In this document: positions 1 through 8,455 of the stretch, piece after piece | How positions within the stretch are numbered: the first letter of the stretch is position 1 | How the letters are laid out: every line of letters begins with the position of its first letter | Source: a virus | Lineage: Duplodnaviria > Caudoviricetes | Length of the DNA: 61,032 nt | Virus record (IMG/VR): IMGVR_UViG_3300042864_000169 | Span: 1-61,032 of that record | Strand: one strand, 5' to 3' | Made by a program: the position numbers and the translations under genes | The notes under the pieces: generated by a model | What the model was told of the DNA's origin: nothing | The model's database searches: none | Seen by the model: the letters and a program-made list of their open reading frames with translations, nothing else

Positions 1-53
1 GTGGTTTTGAGAAAGGTTGGGTCTGATTGGGTGATAGCTTTCACCTTCCTCAT
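1..53 (-). CDS. 5' part of a hypothetical protein running off the window edge
   Basis: ATG at 53 overlaps the stop of the upstream ORF, with GAGG just upstream; open to position 1 (MRKVKAITQSDPTFLKT). Confidence 0.5.
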   Translation of the reverse strand, partial: MRKVKAITQSDPTFLKT

Positions 54-301
54 CAATGCACCTCATTGGACGTAGGACGCATTGAACGTTCCATGTCATA
101 GGTAACCGACACAACCTCCAGTATGTCCTCCTTGGGTAGGTTATTGGTCACGGCTAGGGCTATGGCGGCTTTTACCAATAGACCGAGGGTCTCTTGCCCG
201 TCTACTTCGTTCTTACCGATCCACTCAATCAAGCCCCCATAGGCTTGATACAGGCGGTCATAGTCAATGTCTCTTTCTCTTTTAATTGCCTTGATCTGCA
301 T
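53..301 (-). CDS. hypothetical phage protein
   Basis: ORF track; AAGGAG RBS; packed in the leftward operon. Confidence 0.7.
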   Translation of the reverse strand: MQIKAIKRERDIDYDRLYQAYGGLIEWIGKNEVDGQETLGLLVKAAIALAVTNNLPKEDILEVVSVTYDMERSMRPTSNEVH

Positions 302-539
302 AATCGGTCTCCTTTTCCATGTAACGAACTAATGCTTTGGCATCCTCACTTTGCATCTTTTGAATGATCTCATACATCTGCGGGGCAATGGCTATCAGTC
401 GGGCATTCGCCCGTTGGGTAGCCATCGGGGTGCTTAAGCTTTTGCAGTCAGCAACCCGTGGATAGCCCCATTGATCCTGATAACCCCAAACAGTAACGTT
501 TGATGAGTGCCAAGGATGCGGTGTTATGTGTTTAAACAT
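282..539 (-). CDS. hypothetical phage protein (TPxPW...ANARLIAxAP family)
   Basis: HITPHPW and ANARLIAIAPQMYE motifs typical of a common small phage early protein. Confidence 0.8.
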   Translation of the reverse strand: MFKHITPHPWHSSNVTVWGYQDQWGYPRVADCKSLSTPMATQRANARLIAIAPQMYEIIQKMQSEDAKALVRYMEKETDYADQGN

Positions 540-631
540 TAAGGTCTCCAGTAAAACAAATCAAGCAGTAAAACGATAAAGCCAATGAGCAGTAACACCC
601 GCTCAAGTTTTTGCCATTGTGTGTGGTTCAT
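539..631 (-). CDS. 30-aa single-TM membrane protein (MNHTQWQKLERVLLLIGFIVLLLDLFYWRP)
   Basis: Not in ORF track; fills the gap exactly, GAGGTG RBS, hydrophobic helix. Confidence 0.65.
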   Translation of the reverse strand: MNHTQWQKLERVLLLIGFIVLLLDLFYWRP

Positions 632-879
632 TTGGTCACCTCTTCTTGTTTCTTAGCCCACCAATCAGGGGTGTATTCCGACACGCACTCAATGACAAAG
701 TCGCCATGATCATTCAGCACCCCATCGCCATCGGTGTAGTAAAAGATGCGCTCATCCACGGCATCCTCTATCCCATCCCACTCACCATCGCAAACAATCA
801 TGTCGCTGAATGGTTGCTTCTTGTCGTTCCATACAGTGGGTTTCCAGTACCCATCACAACTCCATAGTTTTGAGGTCAT
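628..879 (-). CDS. hypothetical acidic protein
   Basis: ORF track; AAGGAG RBS; overlapping start/stop. Confidence 0.7.
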   Translation of the reverse strand: MTSKLWSCDGYWKPTVWNDKKQPFSDMIVCDGEWDGIEDAVDERIFYYTDGDGVLNDHGDFVIECVSEYTPDWWAKKQEEVTK

Positions 880-1088
880 GCTTTCTCTCCTTTAATTAAT
901 CTGCCTACTGCATCCCTGATGCTCCGTTCTTCTTTGCTGTATTTGGTTGACTTAAGAACACCCTTTGCAAACTCTACGTCAAGTGAAAGATGCTCAATCC
1001 ATGACCCGTCCTCTATGTAGCGGTCAGCGGATTCGGTCAGGTTCTTCAGTGCTGATGTAAGGTAAACGATTCGTTCTTTATCATCCAT
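876..1088 (-). CDS. hypothetical protein
   Basis: ORF track; GGAGGTG RBS. Confidence 0.7.
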   Translation of the reverse strand: MDDKERIVYLTSALKNLTESADRYIEDGSWIEHLSLDVEFAKGVLKSTKYSKEERSIRDAVGRLIKGEKA

Positions 1089-1254
1089 TGGTCACCTCCT
1101 CGGTGCTTACCAAGTCCCAATCACCATGACCTGAGTCAATGAAATCTGACCCGTCCATTTCCTTAGCCTTCTCCCACGCATCCTCATGGTTTTCCGCTTC
1201 TATGAGTGCGTAGACGTGCGACACACTTCGTGCCCATACCTTGTAAGTTTTCAT
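1081..1254 (-). CDS. small acidic phage protein (MKTYKV...IEAENHEDAWEKA)
   Basis: Start reassigned to ATG 1254 behind AGGAG; VEAxxxEEA-type motif common in phage early genes. Confidence 0.7.
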   Translation of the reverse strand: MKTYKVWARSVSHVYALIEAENHEDAWEKAKEMDGSDFIDSGHGDWDLVSTEEVTNG

Positions 1255-1396
1255 TGGTTCTCTCCTGTATGTTTTTTCTAACGATGTAACGAGCGTCAGG
1301 TCTGCTTGCAAACCACTTGCTCAATCCTGAGTCATCATCTTGGAGGAGACCCGCAGGGTAGCCGGTCTTGCCTCCTTGTTTAAACGTCATGTCCAT
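1184..1396 (-). CDS. hypothetical protein
   Basis: ORF track; LLQDDDSGLSKWFASRPDAR core; 3' end overlaps the next gene. Confidence 0.55.
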   Translation of the reverse strand: MDMTFKQGGKTGYPAGLLQDDDSGLSKWFASRPDARYIVRKNIQERTNENLQGMGTKCVARLRTHRSGKP

Positions 1397-1632
1397 TTCT
1401 CCACGTCTGCGACAGATTTCTCGGTCACCACAATGTTGATACTGCTGTCGTTGAATATCTCCATAGCCTGATCAACTGCCTTGGATCGGCTAGTAGCCTC
1501 AACATCTATCTGCACAAAGCCCTCTACAGCCACTGTAATGGTGTATTTGGCAGTGGGTGTACCCTCTGCCTCCCTGCGCTCATTGGCAACCCACAACGCA
1601 GAAAAATGATTGTCTAATCCTTGCATGGTCAT
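1387..1632 (-). CDS. hypothetical protein (VEATSRSKA motif, similar fold to 1081-1254)
   Basis: ORF track; AGGAGG RBS. Confidence 0.7.
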   Translation of the reverse strand: MTMQGLDNHFSALWVANERREAEGTPTAKYTITVAVEGFVQIDVEATSRSKAVDQAMEIFNDSSINIVVTEKSVADVEKWT

Positions 1633-1637
1633 CCTCC

Positions 1638-1859
1638 TTAGTCTAGGTATGGTTCAAACTTGGGGGCAGTCCAACCGCCCTTGGCACGTAAGTCCTTGGT
1701 TGTGATGCCATATCTATGCACCACGTCACCCTCCCTGTTGAACACGTTGAGGTGCAGAACACCCTCCGCTATGAAAGCCTCAACATAGCCACTGTTCGCA
1801 CCAATGTTGATGACTGCACTCTTGACTTCGTTGTCAAGTAACTCGACTGATAATTTCAT
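1638..1859 (-). CDS. hypothetical protein
   Basis: ORF track; AAGGAG RBS. Confidence 0.7.
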   Translation of the reverse strand: MKLSVELLDNEVKSAVINIGANSGYVEAFIAEGVLHLNVFNREGDVVHRYGITTKDLRAKGGWTAPKFEPYLD

Positions 1860-2101
1860 TCTGTCTCTCCTTCGTTTAAACGTAATGTTTTAATAACTGC
1901 CATAACCTCATCAACAGACGGGGCGGTAAAGTTCTTGTCAAATAACTTCCATGCCTCGCAGACGGGGCAACCCGCCTCATAGTGATCACAGGGCGAACCC
2001 CATGTCGCTACTTGGTTGGTCACCACGTTGACCATCTTGTTGGTGCGTGGGCGGTTGAAATTGCCACGGATGGCACGGGGATCGTTGGGCATCAGTTCCA
2101 T
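1856..2101 (-). CDS. hypothetical protein with Cys cluster (CDHYEAGCPVC)
   Basis: ORF track; AGGAG RBS. Confidence 0.7.
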   Translation of the reverse strand: MELMPNDPRAIRGNFNRPRTNKMVNVVTNQVATWGSPCDHYEAGCPVCEAWKLFDKNFTAPSVDEVMAVIKTLRLNEGETE

Positions 2102-2124
2102 GATTACTCTCCTGTTTAAACGTG

Positions 2125-2301
2125 TTAATAAACGGCAAAGTCGCTTTGAAACTTCTCAATCAATGCGTCTGCTTTGACTCTCAGTTCCTCAATTTGTTTT
2201 GGTGGCATAGATATTTCCTTAGTCGCCAACCACATTAAGGTCTGCATGGTTGCAATAATTTCACTCTGCATTTCAGAACCGCTAATAAATTCAATTTTCA
2301 T
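2125..2301 (-). CDS. 58-aa hypothetical protein (MKIEFISGSEMQSEII...)
   Basis: Not in ORF track; AGGAG RBS; fills the gap. Confidence 0.6.
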   Translation of the reverse strand: MKIEFISGSEMQSEIIATMQTLMWLATKEISMPPKQIEELRVKADALIEKFQSDFAVY

Positions 2302-2315
2302 TTGTTCTCTCCTGT

Positions 2316-2573
2316 TTAAACATAAAGTGGGTCAATCTTTGTGAGGGATAAGCCTGACGCATACTTCACGTTAAGCTTGGAATCACTCTGCACAAGGGCA
2401 ACGATCTGAGGCTCATCCTCTGCGAGCCAGTGAGAGTTGTTGGTCAGGAACTTGTCAAGTGCCCGTTGGATTCTTGATAAAGCAGGGAATGCTTTTGAGG
2501 TGTATCTAAGGTCAACATCAAGTGTGAATGTCGAGCCACTTGCGTTGGTGCTGAGTATTAATGTGGTGTTCAT
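2316..2573 (-). CDS. hypothetical protein
   Basis: ORF track; GAGGAG RBS. Confidence 0.65.
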   Translation of the reverse strand: MNTTLILSTNASGSTFTLDVDLRYTSKAFPALSRIQRALDKFLTNNSHWLAEDEPQIVALVQSDSKLNVKYASGLSLTKIDPLYV

Positions 2574-2633
2574 AACCGCTCTCCTCTACTGGTCTCATTT
2601 GTTGGGTGATAGTGTGGACAGTGCCACAACGAT

Positions 2634-2642
2634 ATTGTATCA
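2634..2642 (-). promoter_or_regulatory. extended -10 promoter TGaTACAAT
   Basis: Intergenic TGnTAnnAT about 60 bp upstream of the 2573 start. Confidence 0.45.
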
Positions 2643-2660
2643 CAAGGGGGGAAGCCCCCC
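2642..2660 (-). terminator. GC hairpin directly after the vWA stop (possible weak terminator)
   Basis: GGGGGG-CTT-CCCCCC followed by TTGT; poor U tract. Confidence 0.4.
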
Positions 2661-3332
2661 TCATACAGCAAGCTTCAGCTTGTCAAACGCTACAGTGCCC
2701 ATGTCCTCAAGCTTCTCGATGGTTACAGCGTTCTTGTAAATGTGGGTCACGTCCGAGCGGATGCCAACCCCGATAGTGGTGATGCCAAGGTTCTCACCCG
2801 ACAGTGCTTGTTCTCTGCAAGCATCAGCATTGCCGATGCCATCGGTAAGAAAGAAGCAAACCTTGCGCTCCTCCTGACGATTCAACAGCAACCCGTGGGC
2901 ATATGACAGGGCGGTGAAGTCCTGAGTACCGCCCCCTGACTGAAGCCTCTCAAGCATCGGTCTGACACGTTGATAGGGCACGTTGAAGTCTTTGAGCAAT
3001 GAGACCTCGCACCCGAATGTCACGACACTGGTTGCAACCCCTGCCTTGGACAGGGTGTCCAGTAGGGCATAGGTTGCTAGGATGGCATGGTACATCTTGG
3101 AGTCCAAGGGCTTGGCAGGGCGAAACATTGAGCCTGACACGTCAAGCACAATGGTCACCGCAGAGTCGATGCCGTCATGTTCTTTCCTACGTTTAAACAG
3201 GCGGTCATTGTGAGCCATAGTCGGGAGTGCCCGAACATTCAGCACCCCTGACTTGCGGTTGTTTTGGAATTCTTCAAAGCCCGAATTCTCAAACAGCTTT
3301 CTGACTGTATAGCGTAACTTGGCGGGAATCAT
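2661..3332 (-). CDS. vWA domain protein (CobT-like C-terminal half)
   Basis: MIDAS LDVSGSM, GGTQD and FFLTDG motifs; next to a MoxR/CobS ATPase. Confidence 0.9.
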   Translation of the reverse strand: MIPAKLRYTVRKLFENSGFEEFQNNRKSGVLNVRALPTMAHNDRLFKRRKEHDGIDSAVTIVLDVSGSMFRPAKPLDSKMYHAILATYALLDTLSKAGVATSVVTFGCEVSLLKDFNVPYQRVRPMLERLQSGGGTQDFTALSYAHGLLLNRQEERKVCFFLTDGIGNADACREQALSGENLGITTIGVGIRSDVTHIYKNAVTIEKLEDMGTVAFDKLKLAV

Positions 3333-3341
3333 AAGACCTCC

Positions 3342-4346
3342 TTAAAAGTCGATTGGGAAAGTACGGGGGTTGTCAGCCCTTGTGTGATACCCATTGCGCA
3401 TCACGTCATCGGTGCTGTAAGAGCCTCCCGATCCTGCACCCTCGGGAGGGTTGGCGGTAGGCTCAACCTCACGGGCTTTGACTGTATTGCCATCCTTTGT
3501 AGGAGGCTTCGCAGGGTTGGTTGGGGGGGTAGGTTGGTCACCCTCCTGATCACCGCCTGTAGGCTGTTCTGAGTCCCCTCCTGAGCCATTCTCATCATCA
3601 CCCTCACCGCCATCCTGATCACCGCCCTGATCACCCTCATCCTCACCCTCATCATCGGAGGGAGGGGTTGGGTTGGTTGGCGGTTGGATTGGCTCATCCT
3701 CGGGCTTGGTGTTCACATTGTTAAGCTGATCAAACACCCACTTGGCAACCTCCAAGGTGTCCCAAGAATTACCGCAAGTGTTTAAACGTTTGACAGCCTC
3801 GGCAAAGATTGGCTCAAGCCCAAGGGCGAGAGGCACTTTGATCTTGGCGTGTTTACGTCCGTAGACAGCGAGAACAAAGGGGTACTGGACAGGGTCTGAC
3901 CAGTCGATTGCCTCACCCCTGCGGTTCTTGTAAGCCAAGCCCTCGGCAACCATGCCGTTGATCAGGGCACTGAGCAACTCCTCGATGTTGCCTGTCAGCC
4001 CTGCCTTGATGCCCTTGCCCTCGATCCACGCATCCTCTAAGGCATTGTGCAACTGGGCAATGTACTGCCCGTGCGCATAGGCTGAGTGAACAGCATCAAA
4101 GTCGGTATACATCCAGTGCAACAACTCATGTACCGCCATGCCTACATAGCGCATCAGGTCACCCTGAGTCAGCACTGCATCATCTTTGACGTTGGCAAGT
4201 ATGACACTGCCACTCTTGTTGATACAGGCGGTTTGTGTACCCGCATCCCAACGAACCTCGACAGGACGCAAGCCCAAGTCAGAGCAGATTTTGTGAATGC
4301 CGATCACCACGGCACGTTTAAACTCATAGCCACGATAGGTTTTCAT
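3342..4346 (-). CDS. CobT-like N-terminal half: zincin-like domain plus acidic Gly/Asp linker
   Basis: AVHELLHWMYTD (HExxH), HNALEDAWIE, long D/E/G-rich tail. Confidence 0.85.
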   Translation of the reverse strand: MKTYRGYEFKRAVVIGIHKICSDLGLRPVEVRWDAGTQTACINKSGSVILANVKDDAVLTQGDLMRYVGMAVHELLHWMYTDFDAVHSAYAHGQYIAQLHNALEDAWIEGKGIKAGLTGNIEELLSALINGMVAEGLAYKNRRGEAIDWSDPVQYPFVLAVYGRKHAKIKVPLALGLEPIFAEAVKRLNTCGNSWDTLEVAKWVFDQLNNVNTKPEDEPIQPPTNPTPPSDDEGEDEGDQGGDQDGGEGDDENGSGGDSEQPTGGDQEGDQPTPPTNPAKPPTKDGNTVKAREVEPTANPPEGAGSGGSYSTDDVMRNGYHTRADNPRTFPIDF

Positions 4347-4353
4347 ATTGACC

Positions 4354-5778
4354 TCACAGATATTTTGCTAGAACACTAGCGTTGATGTAAGCCGACTTGA
4401 TTGCATCAAGTGCGACACGGCTCTCCTCGGGTTGACGGGAGGTAATGGTTGATTCCCATGCCTCATCAACTGAGAGAATTTCCAATGCCCGAATGAAAGC
4501 GAGGGCAGAGCGGATAGAGGGGGCATCGATCACGTCCCCTGTAATGACCTTGGCACGGCAAGCACTGATGGCATTGACTACGTGTTCAGCCAACATTTTG
4601 TGGCAACCAGTGTGCAAGGTCAGAGCAATAACCTCTTGCTCTTTGCTCAGGTACTTGAACTCAATGACACGGGCAAAGCGGTCAACCAGTGCAGAATTCA
4701 TTTGTTGAACCTTGGCATAGCGTCCTGATGTATCACCATTGGTCAGGGTGTTATCAGCCGAAAAGACCAAGACACCCTCTGCCCTGCGGTGAACAGAACC
4801 CCCGTAGTTGACTGCACTATTGGGTTCTAAGAACCCGTTAAGAACAGCCAACTCACCCGCATCTGCCATGCTGATTTCATCGAGCAAAACCACTGTAGAT
4901 GGGGAGGTGAAAGCCTCCAAGAAAGCACCTTTTTTGAACACTGTCGCACCATTCTCAAGACCGACAGCACCCGCATAATCATCGGCTGTCGTGTACTTGT
5001 GGAAGTTGATACGTGTAAACGAGCGTCCAGTACGGGCACTAAATTGTCTTGCAGTCTCACTTTTCCCAGTGCCTTTAGCCCCACCAAACCACAAATTTTC
5101 TGAAGTCTTTTGTGAGAGGAGCAAGTGCTTCAGAATGTCCTCTTGCCACACAAAGTTGGGATCAACATCGGGGCTGTCAGGGGCATCCCAAATGTCAACC
5201 ATGACAGGGTTGCCCTTTGGGTTGCGAACGTCAACACCGAATACATCGAGCGCAGATTTCCGATCAATGATCTTTGCCTTGGTAGCGTTAGCCACGACAG
5301 CCTCTGCCTTGGCATCTTTGACAGCTTGCGCAAAGGGTTTAAACGCTTTTGCAATGGCACTGGCAACCTCTGCGCTGATCTTGTCCTCATCGAGGTTTGA
5401 CTTAGATGCGACAGAGGCATTGTGGACTGCCACTGACAGATCATTGATCTGTTGCGCTACAGCGTTGATGCTCTGAGTAGCCACTGCCACTTTGTTGATG
5501 GCATCGAGGGCAACCGCCTCGGCACGTACAGCAACCGAGGCGGTAGCATCAAGCTTGGCACTGTCTACACTGCTCACATTGTCAGCGACAGGTGAGCAAT
5601 TTCTGATGTAGTCAAAGTCAGTTAAGCCCTGCTCGATCAGGTCACCTAACCAGTTTAAACGCACCATCTTGTCTTTGTCCTGACGGATATGGTCAGGGGC
5701 TTTGAGGGCTGAAACAGCCCCGTTGATAACGAACTTGTCGAGGGTTGACAAGGTTTTAATTGTGTTCATGGAAGCCAT
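4354..5778 (-). CDS. CobS/MoxR-type AAA+ ATPase with N-terminal coiled-coil extension
   Basis: Walker A GAKGTGKS, Walker B VLLDEI, sensor ADNT, NSALVDRF, SIR. Confidence 0.9.
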   Translation of the reverse strand: MASMNTIKTLSTLDKFVINGAVSALKAPDHIRQDKDKMVRLNWLGDLIEQGLTDFDYIRNCSPVADNVSSVDSAKLDATASVAVRAEAVALDAINKVAVATQSINAVAQQINDLSVAVHNASVASKSNLDEDKISAEVASAIAKAFKPFAQAVKDAKAEAVVANATKAKIIDRKSALDVFGVDVRNPKGNPVMVDIWDAPDSPDVDPNFVWQEDILKHLLLSQKTSENLWFGGAKGTGKSETARQFSARTGRSFTRINFHKYTTADDYAGAVGLENGATVFKKGAFLEAFTSPSTVVLLDEISMADAGELAVLNGFLEPNSAVNYGGSVHRRAEGVLVFSADNTLTNGDTSGRYAKVQQMNSALVDRFARVIEFKYLSKEQEVIALTLHTGCHKMLAEHVVNAISACRAKVITGDVIDAPSIRSALAFIRALEILSVDEAWESTITSRQPEESRVALDAIKSAYINASVLAKYL

Positions 5779-5802
5779 GTTGTTCTCTCCTAGGTACTGG
5801 TT

Positions 5803-6414
5803 TCAAATCAAAGCGAGGGTATCGCCCTCATTGGGGCAGATCGGCAGGTTGAGGTTGCCGTTCTTGTATGCCCACTTGGAGGTGAGCCGAACCGCATATC
5901 CGCATGATGGGCACTGAGCAAGCAACATCCGAGTGCCTTGCTTTTTGCCAACCGAGGCTGACAACTCAGCGTGGACGTATGCACCGAGCGAGTCGATGAT
6001 CTGCTGATAGGCTTGAACGAATGCACCGCCATGAGTCACCGACTTGTAACGGGCTGACTGAGTGCCGTTGGGTAACAGCAACATGGCATCGGCTATCTTT
6101 TGATAAGGCTTGCCGTGATTGAGCGCACCCTTAGCGGTATGGCACAACATGGCAATGAGGGTCTCAAAGACCTTGACGGGATCGGCAAGCACAGGGCTGA
6201 TGAAAATCTCATAGTGAGCGTCAGCACTGTTCGTACTAGGGAAGCACTCGCCAACTGACTTGAAGTTGGTACGCTTGGCATTGGAGGGCAGAGCGCAAGA
6301 CACTCTGATTCTGTCGCTGATGGACACGCCATTGATAAGAAAGAACGGCTTCAACTCGGTGATAGCACCATTGAGCCAATCTTCACGGGTAGAGTAAATG
6401 ACAGGTAATGACAT
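5803..6414 (-). CDS. SprT-like protein with C-terminal Zn ribbon; catalytic HExxH degenerate
   Basis: TREDWL, VGECF, EIFISP, H(G)KPY, CPSCGYAVR..KW...PICP; LIAMLCH at the expected LxHELCH position. Confidence 0.7.
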   Translation of the reverse strand: MSLPVIYSTREDWLNGAITELKPFFLINGVSISDRIRVSCALPSNAKRTNFKSVGECFPSTNSADAHYEIFISPVLADPVKVFETLIAMLCHTAKGALNHGKPYQKIADAMLLLPNGTQSARYKSVTHGGAFVQAYQQIIDSLGAYVHAELSASVGKKQGTRMLLAQCPSCGYAVRLTSKWAYKNGNLNLPICPNEGDTLALI

Positions 6415-6431
6415 GGTAGGTCTCGGTTGCC

Positions 6432-6479
6432 GTGGGAATTTCCACTGGTGAACCCCGTAAGGCTCACCGCTAAAAATTC
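6432..6479 (-). ncRNA. structured 5' leader element, copy A (two hairpins plus pseudoknot)
   Basis: GAAUUU-UU-AGC-GGUGAGCC/GGUUCACC-A-GUGG-AAAUUC-CCAC; one of four covarying copies. Confidence 0.7.
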
Positions 6480-6488
6480 AATAACGTA

Positions 6489-6517
6489 AGTGTAAACGAT
6501 AACGATATCCTTTGCAA
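6489..6517 (-). promoter_or_regulatory. sigma70-type promoter TTGCAA-N17-TACACT
   Basis: Exact 17-bp spacer; overlapped by the inverted repeat GATAGCGATA...TATCGTTATC; predicted start about 6482. Confidence 0.6.
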
Positions 6518-6536
6518 GTGGGTATCGCTATCATGT

Positions 6537-6836
6537 TTAAACAGTCGCTTGATATTGCGCTGTCAGGGCTTCCAACACCTTGATGCGTTCAGAAGCAAGG
6601 GCGAAAGCCTCACTCATCACCTCCGCAAGTTGGAGGGTTGTTGTCTCTGCAACCACGCCCCCTGCCCCGTAGTGGAGCGTGATTGTCGGGGGCTTGCGGT
6701 TGCCGTAATGCTCAAACTTAATGAAGCAAATCCCATCACTGCACCAGTGTGTCGGTGAGTGGTACTCATAACGAATCTGCCCGTAAACACCGCCTTTTTC
6801 AAGACGGGCATTGTCAATGATCTTTTCTGTGATCAT
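6537..6836 (-). CDS. hypothetical protein
   Basis: ORF track; start moved to ATG 6836 behind AGGGGA. Confidence 0.65.
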   Translation of the reverse strand: MITEKIIDNARLEKGGVYGQIRYEYHSPTHWCSDGICFIKFEHYGNRKPPTITLHYGAGGVVAETTTLQLAEVMSEAFALASERIKVLEALTAQYQATV

Positions 6837-6837
6837 G

Positions 6838-6993
6838 TTATTCCCCTGCAAAGTAGAAAATTAAAGAGGCAACCAACGACATGATGGCTACCCAAAACAA
6901 GAGCAGTGATTCACTGCCCAAGACCATGACACTCGCCAAAAACCCTGTCATGCAGACCAAGGTTTTGAGAATGTAGAACTGATAGATTTTCAT
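6838..6993 (-). CDS. 51-aa two-TM membrane protein
   Basis: Not in ORF track; AGGAGG RBS; MKIYQFYILKTLVCMTGFLASVMVLGSESLLLFWVAIMSLVASLIFYFAGE. Confidence 0.7.
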   Translation of the reverse strand: MKIYQFYILKTLVCMTGFLASVMVLGSESLLLFWVAIMSLVASLIFYFAGE

Positions 6994-7005
6994 AAGACCT
7001 CCTGT

Positions 7006-7587
7006 TTAAACCCAACCGAAACGCTTTGCGCAGACAGCACCCATGCCGAGTGCGACTGACTCAGGATCTGACAGATCCCTGTTACAGACTGAACAACGTC
7101 CGAATGTTTTGCCATAGGCAATGGCTGAACTACGGGGGTCAGCAAGCACCTCGCTGATCTGACTTGCACTCTCAGCGGAGGCATCACGGGAGGTAAACAA
7201 CTTACCGCCTGTCACCTTGCCGAGGTAGACACCCTCGGACTTGACGTAGATTGAACCCGCATTCTTGCCTGTCACTGGGGCAGGGCTGAATACGAAAGCA
7301 CCGAGCCGTAGCTTGGGGTAGGACAGACCCGAATCCTTAGCCTTGTCAAAGGCAACCTCGATAGGGGACACGTCAACCTGAGCGGAGGGGACAGGCTCAG
7401 GGCGAGGGGCAGAATCCTTAGCCACGCACCGCTGAATAGCGGACAGTTGGTTAGGGGTCAGATTGCCATATCTGTGAAGCGCAGACAGCACAGAGGAGGC
7501 AAAGGAGAAAGAGGGTGACTTGGCAACAAGCCACTCATACTCGGCAGGGTTAGCCTCGATGAACTGGGCGATACGTTGAACATTCAT
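7006..7587 (-). CDS. protein with C-terminal DUF6011-like Zn finger
   Basis: GRCSVCNRDLSDPESVALGMGAVCA; N-terminal GNLTPNQL motif. Confidence 0.8.
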   Translation of the reverse strand: MNVQRIAQFIEANPAEYEWLVAKSPSFSFASSVLSALHRYGNLTPNQLSAIQRCVAKDSAPRPEPVPSAQVDVSPIEVAFDKAKDSGLSYPKLRLGAFVFSPAPVTGKNAGSIYVKSEGVYLGKVTGGKLFTSRDASAESASQISEVLADPRSSAIAYGKTFGRCSVCNRDLSDPESVALGMGAVCAKRFGWV

Positions 7588-7603
7588 AGTAGGTCTCCGA
7601 TGT

Positions 7604-7659
7604 TGGGCAAAATTGCCACTTCAAAACCCTGACAAGCAGGGCTTCAAGGTGAAAATTTA
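7604..7659 (-). ncRNA. structured 5' leader element, copy B
   Basis: AAAUU-UUC-ACC-UUGAAGCCCUG/CAGGGUUUUGA-A-GUGGC-AAUUUU-GCC. Confidence 0.6.
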
Positions 7660-7788
7660 AGCAGTGGCAAACTTCCTGTTTAAACAGTCTTTGTAACTGC
7701 CAGTGAAAAAGATGCGGTAGCCGTTACGCTCCCGATCACCCTTGCAAACAATGATGTTGCCGAATCTGTCGATTTGTGCGGTGTACAT
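7657..7788 (-). CDS. 43-aa hypothetical protein (MYTAQIDRFGNIIVCKG...)
   Basis: Not in ORF track; AAGGAG RBS. Confidence 0.65.
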   Translation of the reverse strand: MYTAQIDRFGNIIVCKGDRERNGYRIFFTGSYKDCLNRKFATA

Positions 7789-7799
7789 ACTGGTCTCCT

Positions 7800-8057
7800 T
7801 TATTCGTTAACAGTGCCGATCAACTGCCCGTCCATGATTTGGAACAGGACAGCCTTGGCACGATTGAGGGTCTGACGGGCACGTTCGTTGTCGCCAACCG
7901 ACAGCAACTCTTGGGCATCGGACATAAGCCCTGCAACGATCATGTTGCCCCCGACAGTCTTGTAGGTCACAGACCCTTTGATGGAGTCGATGAATAAGTC
8001 AATGTTGGCAACCCCGTACATTGCCCTGTTTTGATTACGTTGCGCTACGATATTCAT
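7800..8057 (-). CDS. hypothetical protein (LMSDAQELL...ARQTLNRAK)
   Basis: Start moved to ATG 8057 behind GAGGA. Confidence 0.75.
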   Translation of the reverse strand: MNIVAQRNQNRAMYGVANIDLFIDSIKGSVTYKTVGGNMIVAGLMSDAQELLSVGDNERARQTLNRAKAVLFQIMDGQLIGTVNE

Positions 8058-8075
8058 GTTGTTTCCTCTGTAGAA

Positions 8076-8123
8076 GTGCGAACTAGCACTGGTAAACCCC
8101 GCAGGGCTTACCGCTGATAGATC
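8076..8123 (-). ncRNA. structured 5' leader element, copy C
   Basis: GAUCUA-UC-AGC-GGUAAGCC/GGUUUACC-A-GUGC-UAGUUC-GCAC. Confidence 0.7.
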
Positions 8124-8436
8124 AGTCTGCTCTCGATCCCATGTAAGCGGGAATGCCGTTGTCCCTGAGTACCTTGGCAAAGGCACTAGCACCCGCTTCT
8201 TTCACGTCCATTGACTGAGTGAAGTTGGCACTGGGATTCCAAATCTGCCAACCTTTTTGCCAGTGCTTTTTGCCAACGTTGTTTTTTCTGCACCAGTTAA
8301 CGAAAGGGTCTCTGCCGTTGGTAATGTCAACCCAAGCAAAACCGCAATACATCGGCTCGCCATACTGGGCAATGAAGTCTGCTTCTGCTTGCTGTCCCGC
8401 CTGTACAGCTTGCTCATAAATTGCTTTGTAGTCCAT
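8122..8436 (-). CDS. conserved phage early protein (CGFAWV...QSMDVKEAGASAFAKVL...SRAD)
   Basis: ORF track; recognisable widespread phage family; first gene of the early operon. Confidence 0.8.
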   Translation of the reverse strand: MDYKAIYEQAVQAGQQAEADFIAQYGEPMYCGFAWVDITNGRDPFVNWCRKNNVGKKHWQKGWQIWNPSANFTQSMDVKEAGASAFAKVLRDNGIPAYMGSRAD

Positions 8437-8455
8437 GTTGTTGTCCTAGATAGCA

